Shown: positions 49,901 through 56,917 of the stretch, piece by piece
Position numbering within the stretch: the stretch's first letter is position 1
How the letters are laid out: each line of letters starts with the position of its first letter
Source of the DNA: Candidatus Poribacteria bacterium
GTDB lineage: Bacteria > Poribacteria > WGA-4E > WGA-3G
Direction of reading: 5' to 3'
Length of the DNA: 64,000 nt
NCBI GenBank assembly: GCA_965197475.1
Contig: CBDANF010000002.1
Location: 640,001 to 704,000 of the forward strand
Notes under the pieces: model-generated
The model's database searches: none
The model's input: the letters and a program-made list of their open reading frames with translations, nothing else
Told to the model about the DNA's origin: nothing
Position numbers and translations under genes: made by a program

Positions 49901-51224
49901 CCTTGAAATCCCTCTTGATAACGTCGCTAAGTTGACAGGATTAATTCCATCCATACCTGGCATCACGCTTGACGAAGCATTGGAAAAGACACCAGATTTT
50001 CAGGAACTTGCGGAACTCCCTGAAAATAGGGAATTGATAGAGCTTAGCAAGGCGGTAGAAGGTATGAAACGGCATGTTTCATGTCATGCCTCTGCAATCG
50101 TGGTTTCACACGGTTCTCTGATGAATTATGTACCGCTATTCAAGGATAGAAATGGACAAGTTGCAACACAGTTTGAAGGAAAAACGGTTGAAGATGTCGG
50201 CATCATTAAATTTGATACGCTTGGTGTCCGAAGTCTTTCTGAGGTTGCTGACTGTCTCAATATGATTCAAGAAAATCATGGTCGCAAGATTGCACTTGAA
50301 GATATTCCGCTTGACGATGAAAAGACCTATTCACTCATTAGTAAAGGGTTGATTGCTGGGCTATTCCAACTCGAAACTTCTCCCGGTATGTATAAGTTGG
50401 TTATAGAACTCAAGCCGGAAAACTTTGCGGTATTTTCCGCAATTCCCGCACTCTATCGCCCTGGTCCATTGGAAAGTGGTATAATGCAGCAGTTTATTGA
50501 TCGGAAAAACGGATTACAACCTATTGCGTATATACATCCCTCGTTTGAAAATGCGCTCAAAAGCACTTTCGGTGTCTGTATCTATCAGGAACAAGTGATG
50601 CAGATTGCATGTGATACAGCAGGTTTCACACTTGGTGAGGCAGATACCCTCCGCGGGGCAATGGGAAAAAAGAAAGTAGATGTAATCAAAGAACAACGAT
50701 CCAAATTCATTGATGGAGCGGTAGAAAATGGAATTCAAAAAAATGAGGCTGGAGAGGTTTTTGAACATCTCATATCTATAGGTAGATATGCCTTCAACAA
50801 ATCGCACTCCGTCGCTTATTCTATGTTAGCCTACCGAATGGCGTATCTGAAAACGCACTATCCCCATGAATTTATGGCGGCGATAATGAGTGGAGAGGCA
50901 GCGGATAAAGAAAAGATTAAGCGTTACCGAGCTGAATGTGTGAAACTTGCTGACTTCCTCGGTGTAGAAATCAATCTTATTCCGTTAGATATCAACAGCA
51001 GTGAGAAAAACTTTGTTGTGGAAGGCAACGATATCCGTTTCGGACTTGTTGCTGTTGAACGTATTAGTGATGCAGCAATAGATTCAATTCTAACGGAAAG
51101 AAATCGTGACGGTTTATTTACATCACTCCAAGATTTTCGTGATCGTTTGGATTCAACAGAGGTGGATGAAACCGTTATTGAAAACCTCATCAAGTCCGGT
51201 GCATTTAACACTCTTTCTGAATAA
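46938..51224 (+). CDS. Fusion protein: ECF sigma-70 factor + FtsZ + DNA polymerase III alpha (DnaE) core
   Basis: aa 1-185 DAEEILMDIW, FSGWLRRIA, EIAEELNLPIGTVKTKL; aa about 208-516 VIGIGGAG, GGGTGTG; aa about 547-1428 HLHNHSEYSLLDG, RGSAAGS, PDIDIDF, KFDTLG, FNKSH; one uninterrupted frame. Confidence 0.9.
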   Translation: MHYNFVTPNNLTDEELVRLVQSRDEAAFAELMSRYSPRIWNVVVENSRQRRDAEEILMDIWMVVWDNIIGLRKAESFSGWLRRIAYTACNRYYGSGSHRHSEIILSYEDLAFQIDREAEQRFQDVRLRSDAREAVHNLPQRVRSVAILYYLELWNVKEIAEELNLPIGTVKTKLSEIRHLLRQEFEVEPTRGKTMSQEQEKSESLRTKFKVIGIGGAGCNVVKHMIEDGLADIEFCAVDTDTETLSACHGATQVQIGVNTVQGQSTDGSLELGRRAAAESIDELRSIVSDAKMVIVIAGMGGGTGTGVAPVVASLAREHGALTVCFVTRPFDSEGEHRSEQAGYGVRELQSGTHPRADALIVVPNQRILDLIDRELPMQEAFQQSDEILLHGIKNITDLLVEMGEISINFDDIQETLRDQGTVLMGIGKATGENRATIAAKNAISSPLLEGNSIAGAVGMIINIASPPDFTMQELDQAMKVICKTCENAQPLFGLIFKDEMGASDEVLVTVMASGFESQSDQTPPISSSKGGDTPRQDSVISPSTASEFVHLHNHSEYSLLDGACRIPDMVQWAIENSSPAVALTDHGNMFGAWEFYNTAKAAGVNPIVGCEVYVETENTRTDGNCQCSPSHLTLLAEDATGYHNLLELTSLGYTQGFHSKPRINLEMLRENHGGIIALTGCINGLVPKLICSDQRDEAVRNLLQLRDIMGADNLFVEIQNHYIDEELAAYPVMVEFANEFNLPIVGTNDCHYLRKSDHRMHEILLCIQRKKTVNDPERMRFDNHFYFKNVDEMRVVLKDYPPEAIINTVEIANRCNLRLDYGKSMIPEFEVPEGHTNDSYLKELCYDGLRQKYGGHLSEPIRKRLEYELDIIQQTGHASYFLIVADYVSYANKQGYLLSARGSAAGSLVLYALSVINFNPMEHGCLFERFLNLDRMNPPDIDIDFADHARDDVINYLVRKYGHDSVGKVATFATLGAKAAIKDVGRALEIPLDNVAKLTGLIPSIPGITLDEALEKTPDFQELAELPENRELIELSKAVEGMKRHVSCHASAIVVSHGSLMNYVPLFKDRNGQVATQFEGKTVEDVGIIKFDTLGVRSLSEVADCLNMIQENHGRKIALEDIPLDDEKTYSLISKGLIAGLFQLETSPGMYKLVIELKPENFAVFSAIPALYRPGPLESGIMQQFIDRKNGLQPIAYIHPSFENALKSTFGVCIYQEQVMQIACDTAGFTLGEADTLRGAMGKKKVDVIKEQRSKFIDGAVENGIQKNEAGEVFEHLISIGRYAFNKSHSVAYSMLAYRMAYLKTHYPHEFMAAIMSGEAADKEKIKRYRAECVKLADFLGVEINLIPLDINSSEKNFVVEGNDIRFGLVAVERISDAAIDSILTERNRDGLFTSLQDFRDRLDSTEVDETVIENLIKSGAFNTLSE

Positions 51225-51242
51225 CACCTCCTCCCTACTTGT

Positions 51243-51270
51243 ATGGGCAGGTCGCTGCGCCTGCTCATCC
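51243..51270 (+). terminator. Hairpin after the sigma-FtsZ-DnaE gene
   Basis: atgggcagg...cctgctcat inverted repeat about 20 nt after the stop. Confidence 0.45.
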
Positions 51271-51351
51271 TTCTGTACTGATCCTAATCCAATATCCCAA
51301 TTGCAATCATCTTTTTAGATAACTTGCATAAAGTGTTAACTTTTGTTAAAA

Positions 51352-51549
51352 TAACGTGAGTTTGATAATAATATTGGATGGACGCAGTCCGATCAAAAGT
51401 CCCCCTGATAAGGGGGATTTAGGGGGTTAAAAGTGCCTCAAAAATTGCTTTTCGCGCCCAAAAATACCCTTTTTTGCCAAATTTGCGTCCGTCTTGAATA
51501 TTATTAAAGTCCATTTGACTCAATGAATTCTTTTATCAAGCTCACGTTA
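51352..51549. mobile_element. Nested MITE-like structure containing a G/C-run palindrome
   Basis: Outer IRs TAACGTGAG[T/C]TTGATAA (51352-51368, 51533-51549); inner imperfect IRs aataatatt..ggacgca; core ccccctgataagggggatttagggggtt. Confidence 0.65.
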
Positions 51550-51608
51550 AAATAGTATGACTAACATTCTAAGGACATTGCAAAAGAAAATAACGCTAAT
51601 TTCCTTTT

Positions 51609-52265
51609 ATGAACATTCAGAGAATTAGGAAAGTGACACAGTTAATTCACCGTATTACACAAAAAGACGTTAATTTTCCGGTATCAATAAATGCATTTTT
51701 AAAAACAGATACACCTGAAGTGATATGGGCGCGTGGGAATTTAGACCTATTATCTAATAAAAGCGATGCCTCAAAAGAGGACTTATGGGCACTATTCTGT
51801 TCCAGTAAATGTCCTGCCGAGATTATCTTGAAAACACACGATTTAGTTCAGGAATTCAAGGCAGAAGGTGTCTCAACAATCGGTGGATTTCATTCACCTG
51901 TTGAACAAGAGTGCTTACGCGTCTTATTGCGTGGCTCACAACCGATCTTATTATGTCCCGCACGAAGTATTGAAAACATGCAATTGAAGTCGGGGTGGCG
52001 AAAGGCTTATTTTGATAGAAGGCTCCTGATCTTATCTATATTTTGTGAAAAAAGAATTTCCGCAGAACGAGCGTACAAACGTAACCACTTCGTTGCAGCA
52101 CTCGCAAGTAAGGTATTAATTGCACATGCCGCTGAAGACAGTAAAACTTTGGAATTTACACAAACAATATTGAAATGGGGAAAACCTGTTTTCACTTTTA
52201 ATTCATCATCAAATAAAGCACTTATTCAACTCGGGGTAAAACCTTATTCAAGGGATTTACCCTAA
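51609..52265 (+). CDS. Short DprA/Smf-like Rossmann-fold protein
   Basis: P.VIWARGNLDLL, GGFHSPVE, RNHFVAALASKVLIAHA, GKPVF. Confidence 0.8.
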   Translation: MNIQRIRKVTQLIHRITQKDVNFPVSINAFLKTDTPEVIWARGNLDLLSNKSDASKEDLWALFCSSKCPAEIILKTHDLVQEFKAEGVSTIGGFHSPVEQECLRVLLRGSQPILLCPARSIENMQLKSGWRKAYFDRRLLILSIFCEKRISAERAYKRNHFVAALASKVLIAHAAEDSKTLEFTQTILKWGKPVFTFNSSSNKALIQLGVKPYSRDLP

Positions 52266-52299
52266 ACTATTGACCAACTACTAAAAAGGAATACTTTAT

Positions 52300-55200
52300 A
52301 TGCCACGAATCTTTGATAACATAGACCAACCGCTCCTCCAAGCACTGCAGCAAACCCTCGAATCCTCTACCCATGCAGACTTCTGTGTCGGATATTTTAA
52401 CCTCAGAGGATGGAGAAGACTCGCAAATTACATTGAAAATTGGCAAGGTGGCGATGGCGAATGCTGCCGTCTACTCGTAGGAATGCAGCGACTCCCCGAT
52501 GAAGAACTACGTCACACCATGCGTATTTTTAAAGATACAGACAGAATTGATAACCAGACAGCCAACCGTTTAAAACGAAAGTTAGCAGAAGAATTTCGCG
52601 AGCAATTAACTGTTGGCATACCTACCCGTGATGACGAAATCGGTCTAAGACAGTTAGCACGCCAACTTCGGCACGGAAAGGTAAAGGTAAAATTATATCT
52701 TCAACATCCCCTTCATGCCAAACTTTATCTACTTTACCGCCAAGACCTCGCCGCACCGATTGTCGGTTACCTCGGCAGCAGCAACCTCACCCTTGCCGGA
52801 CTTTCACAGCAAGGCGAACTCAACGTTGATGTGCTCGATTCAGACGCATGCCAAAAGTTAGAGGTGTGGTTTGAAGACAGGTGGAGCGACAAGCGGTGCA
52901 TTGATATATCTAAGGAATTAGTCGAAATTATTGACGAGAGTTGGGCGCGTGAAGAACTCATTCCACCATATCACATCTACATTAAAATGGCGTATCACCT
53001 ATCCCAGGAAGCAAGGGCGGGGTTGAACGAATTTCGGATTCCACGCGAATTTGAAGATACGCTCTTTGATTTTCAAACTGCTGCTGTTAAAATCGCAGCA
53101 CATCATCTTAACAGACGCGGCGGTGTTCTTATCGGAGACGTTGTGGGTCTCGGCAAAACGCTGATGGGAACAGCACTTGCACGCATACAGGAAGACGATT
53201 ACGACCTTGAAACACTTATTATTTGTCCGAAGAATCTCGTCAGCATGTGGGAATTTTACCGTGACGAATACCGCTTGCGCGCAAGGGTGCTTTCAATAAG
53301 TCGAGTTCAGAACGTGTTGCCGACGCTTCGACGTTATCGACTCGTGATGATTGATGAAAGCCACAACCTCAGAAACCGTGAAGGCAAACGTTACCGCGCG
53401 ATTCAAGAATATATCCATGAAAATGAGAGCAAGGTTATCTTACTCTCTGCAACCCCTTACAACAAAACCTTCCTTGATCTCTCAAACCAACTTCGCCTCT
53501 TTGTTGATGAAACCGAAGGTATTGGAATCCGACCAGAACAATACATCAAAGCGTTAGGCGGCGAAATCGGTTTTAATCGCGAACACCAAAGTGGTATTCG
53601 CACCCTTGCTGCGTTTGAACATAGTGAATTCATTGACGATTGGCGTGAATTGATGCGGCGTTATCTTGTCCGCAGAACCCGTAGTTTTATCATGCAAAAC
53701 TATGCTGAAGTAGACCCCGACACGGAACGAAAATTCCTTTCTTTTGCCGATGGAACGCGGTCCTACTTCCCAACACGTGTACCAAAAACAGTTAAGTTTA
53801 CAATTGATGACCAAGACCCTGATGACACCTATGCACAGTTATACTCTTCTTACGTCGTTAACATAATAAGCAAACTCAAACTGGCTCGATACGGGCTTGC
53901 AAACTATATTGACATATCGGATTCTGAACCACTGACAGAAGCTGAAGAGGAACAATTGCAAGACCTTTCACGTGGTGGACAACGGTTGATGGGCTTCTGT
54001 CGCACAAACCTTTTCAAACGACTTGAAAGTAGTGGTAAAGCATTCCTACAATCTGTTGATCGGCATATCCTACGAAACTATATCTTTCTCCATGCAATAG
54101 AGAACAACGAATCATTCCCGATCGGTGGTCTTGATGCTTCAATGCTTGATTCCCGTTTCAGTGATAAAGACTCCGATGATGTTAACCTAATTTCAGGTAT
54201 CTCAGATGATGAAGATGATGAGTTGATTGATACGAGCGATTCTCAATCCAACTTGTACACTACTGAAAACTATAGACAACGCGCTGCCCGTATTTATCAA
54301 CTTTACTTGACCCAGTATAAAACTCGGTTTAAGTGGATTCGTTCAGATCTATTTCTGCCGATACTTAAGGATGAGCTCACCAAAGATGCAAACGCACTGA
54401 TTCAAATCTTGCAACAATATGGCGAATGGGATGTTAAAAAAGATGCAAAACTCAACGCACTTGAGGAACTATTAACACAAATACATCCAGACACAAAAGT
54501 CTTGGTTTTCACGCAATTTGCAGATACTGTAAAATATTTGACAGGCGAACTTAAAGTACGAGGTATCACGCAAATAGAAAAAGCAACCGGTGATTCAGCA
54601 AATCCAACCGAATTGGCATGCCGATTCAGTCCTATCAGCAATAATAGAGAAGGTATCCCCACAGAAGATATATTGCGCGTTCTCATCAGCACAGATGTAC
54701 TAAGTGAAGGGCAGAATTTACAGGACTGTGCAATTGTCGTAAACTATGATCTGCCGTGGGCAATTATACGGTTAGTCCAACGTGCTGGTCGCGTTGACCG
54801 TATTGGTCAAACGGCGGAAGAAATATTGTGCTACTCATTTTTACCAGCGGAAGGTGTTGAACGTATTATCAATCTACGCGGACGCGTCCGAGCACGTCTG
54901 CAACAGAACGCTGAAGTGGTAGGCACAGATGAGGCATTTTTTGAGGATGACGGTGAAGATGGTAACACAGCAATCATTAACCTTTATAATGAGGAGGCAG
55001 GTTTGCTTGACGATGATATGGATAACGACGTTGATCTCGCCTCTCACGCCTATCAGATTTGGAAAAATGCTATTACCGAAGACCCTGACTTAGAAAAAAT
55101 TATTACAAAACTCCCCTCTGTTGTCTATTCAACTAAATCACATACGCCTACTGATACGCAACCGATAGGTGCACTGGTGTATATTCGAACTGGAGAAGAT

Positions 55201-55686
55201 AATGATGCGCTTGCATGGATTGATAAAAACGGAGAAAGTGTGACAGAATCACAGTTCACCATTCTACAAGCTGCAGCGTGCGAACCGGAGACAGAAGCAC
55301 TTCAACCCCTTGAGAAACACCACGACCTCGTGCAAGAAGCCGCGAAACTCATCGTATCTGAGGAGCGATCAGTTGGTGGGCAACTCGGCAGACCGTCGGG
55401 AGCGCGGTTTCGCACTTATGAAAGGTTGAAGGATTACGCCTCAGAGGTTGAAGGCACGCTATTTGATACGCCAGAACTCAAACAGGTTATAGAAAATGTC
55501 TATCGTTACCCCTTACGTCCAGTAGCAACCGATACCCTCAACCGTCAACTCCGCATCGGTATTACTAACGAGAACCTTGTTAAGTTAGTGATTGATTTAT
55601 GGAATGATGGTCGACTTTGTATTGTTGAAGAAAAACGCGAAATGCGAGAACCCAAGATCGTCTGTTCATTAGGGCTTTCTTCCTAA
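52300..55686 (+). CDS. PLD-nuclease domain + SNF2-family helicase (restriction-type subunit)
   Basis: VGYF, HAKLYL, GSSNLT; DVVGLGKT, DESHN, SATP, SEGQNLQ, QRAGRVDRIGQ. Confidence 0.9.
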   Translation: MPRIFDNIDQPLLQALQQTLESSTHADFCVGYFNLRGWRRLANYIENWQGGDGECCRLLVGMQRLPDEELRHTMRIFKDTDRIDNQTANRLKRKLAEEFREQLTVGIPTRDDEIGLRQLARQLRHGKVKVKLYLQHPLHAKLYLLYRQDLAAPIVGYLGSSNLTLAGLSQQGELNVDVLDSDACQKLEVWFEDRWSDKRCIDISKELVEIIDESWAREELIPPYHIYIKMAYHLSQEARAGLNEFRIPREFEDTLFDFQTAAVKIAAHHLNRRGGVLIGDVVGLGKTLMGTALARIQEDDYDLETLIICPKNLVSMWEFYRDEYRLRARVLSISRVQNVLPTLRRYRLVMIDESHNLRNREGKRYRAIQEYIHENESKVILLSATPYNKTFLDLSNQLRLFVDETEGIGIRPEQYIKALGGEIGFNREHQSGIRTLAAFEHSEFIDDWRELMRRYLVRRTRSFIMQNYAEVDPDTERKFLSFADGTRSYFPTRVPKTVKFTIDDQDPDDTYAQLYSSYVVNIISKLKLARYGLANYIDISDSEPLTEAEEEQLQDLSRGGQRLMGFCRTNLFKRLESSGKAFLQSVDRHILRNYIFLHAIENNESFPIGGLDASMLDSRFSDKDSDDVNLISGISDDEDDELIDTSDSQSNLYTTENYRQRAARIYQLYLTQYKTRFKWIRSDLFLPILKDELTKDANALIQILQQYGEWDVKKDAKLNALEELLTQIHPDTKVLVFTQFADTVKYLTGELKVRGITQIEKATGDSANPTELACRFSPISNNREGIPTEDILRVLISTDVLSEGQNLQDCAIVVNYDLPWAIIRLVQRAGRVDRIGQTAEEILCYSFLPAEGVERIINLRGRVRARLQQNAEVVGTDEAFFEDDGEDGNTAIINLYNEEAGLLDDDMDNDVDLASHAYQIWKNAITEDPDLEKIITKLPSVVYSTKSHTPTDTQPIGALVYIRTGEDNDALAWIDKNGESVTESQFTILQAAACEPETEALQPLEKHHDLVQEAAKLIVSEERSVGGQLGRPSGARFRTYERLKDYASEVEGTLFDTPELKQVIENVYRYPLRPVATDTLNRQLRIGITNENLVKLVIDLWNDGRLCIVEEKREMREPKIVCSLGLSS

Positions 55687-55699
55687 TAAGGGTGTCTCA

Positions 55700-56092
55700 T
55701 TACAACACATCGGCCGGTTCCCGTCTTCCCCTATCTGTTTGATCAAAATCTGTATCAAAACTGATAAGTTGCAGATCATATTTCTTGGCGACAGCATATT
55801 GGTATGCATCATCAAAGTCAAGACTGAATTGCTGAGCGGGTTGTCCTAACGTCTTGTGCTCTTCTGGAGACAGTGAGAGGACACCGACACCGTTAATTAC
55901 TATATCTTCTAAAAATGAGACGAAAAGCGGAAAATTTTTCAACCGGAACAGAATAATACCGATGGAATGAAGAGACAAATCCGTTATAAAGATTGTCCTC
56001 AAATCAATGGATTGTAAGAATAATCGAACTTCGTTTGTCCTATTTTGCCCTAACAGAGATTCCAGGAAGATGTTGGTGTCTACAAAATACAC
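55700..56092 (-). CDS. PIN-domain (VapC-like) toxin
   Basis: VDTNIFLE, LDFDDAYQ, ISFDTDFD. Confidence 0.88.
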   Translation of the reverse strand: MYFVDTNIFLESLLGQNRTNEVRLFLQSIDLRTIFITDLSLHSIGIILFRLKNFPLFVSFLEDIVINGVGVLSLSPEEHKTLGQPAQQFSLDFDDAYQYAVAKKYDLQLISFDTDFDQTDRGRREPADVL

Positions 56093-56299
56093 TTAATCTC
56101 TCCAATCCGACGCCTTTTTCTGAAGTTCAAGTGCTGTGTACTGCCCTTGATATTCTATTAAGCCACCAATCCACTCCAATTTCGGTTTCTTTTTTTCTTC
56201 TGAAACCTTTTTTGTTAACAAGGAATCAATAAAATTTAGCACTTCTTCGTAGTCCTTTGGTGAAAGATGCTTAAGTTTCTCAATAATGGTAGTTTGCAT
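56093..56299 (-). CDS. Antitoxin (DUF2281-like)
   Basis: EEVLNFIDSLL...W.GGL...ELQKKASDWR; abuts the PIN gene; GAGGA RBS. Confidence 0.75.
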   Translation of the reverse strand: MQTTIIEKLKHLSPKDYEEVLNFIDSLLTKKVSEEKKKPKLEWIGGLIEYQGQYTALELQKKASDWRD

Positions 56300-56414
56300 G
56301 GTCATTTCCTCGTTAGGTTTTTGCAATTGATAAAAAAAGCATGCTTAAAAGTATACCACACAACATACGGAAATAAAAGAAAAATTACTATATCAAATAA
56401 CGAGTAGTTAAACC

Positions 56415-56443
56415 TTGAATTCCATGTCTAAGTCATGTATAAT
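56415..56443 (+). promoter_or_regulatory. Sigma70-type promoter upstream of 56480 and the methyltransferase
   Basis: TTGAAT-N17-TATAAT. Confidence 0.55.
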
Positions 56444-56479
56444 TGGCATTAACATAATCCCTACTGCCAGAGGTATCAG

Positions 56480-56812
56480 ATGAAAAAACCTAAACTTGTC
56501 GTTGGACATCTCATGAACGACGAATTACTCGTCAAATCTGTTACGACCTCAAAGTCCTTTGATTGGCTCAAATGGTTAGAGGCAGAAGAGCTGGTTGAGT
56601 TTTTCGCGGAATTGCTCAAGATGGTAACACAAATCTCAGAAGGCAAAAAAGATGCTAAAACACTTTCTATTTTTCTCTCCGAATGGCGTGAAACGGCATT
56701 GATTAATTCAGAGCCAGATGTCTTGGCAGATATGGCTGAGGCTGAACAGGAATTGGATGCTGGCGGCGGAATACCCTGGTCACAGATCAAGAAGGAATTG
56801 GATGCTGTCTGA
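56480..56812 (+). CDS. Antitoxin-like small protein without an adjacent toxin
   Basis: WLKWL...EFFAEL...EWRETA and AEQELDAGGGIPWSQIK tail typical of type II antitoxins. Confidence 0.6.
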   Translation: MKKPKLVVGHLMNDELLVKSVTTSKSFDWLKWLEAEELVEFFAELLKMVTQISEGKKDAKTLSIFLSEWRETALINSEPDVLADMAEAEQELDAGGGIPWSQIKKELDAV

Positions 56813-56860
56813 ATCGCGGATTATCGCGGATTATCGCGGATGACGCGGATTTCGCGGATT
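56808..56860 (+). repeat. Short tandem repeat (CGCGGATT-like, 9-10 bp units, 5 copies)
   Basis: tctgaatcgcggattatcgcggattatcgcggatgacgcggatttcgcggatt; related copy at 8941-8970. Confidence 0.75.
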
Positions 56861-56917
56861 ATGTTGGATTTCGTACCCTCAAACCAAATACAATACTACT
56901 GACGCAGGAAACCCTTT

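Noticed and set aside
48576-51224. Intein-containing or split DnaE, or an ImuABC-type DnaE2 cassette
   Set aside because: No intein splice motifs at the C-terminus, no imuA/imuB neighbours, and the PHP motif is DnaE1-like.
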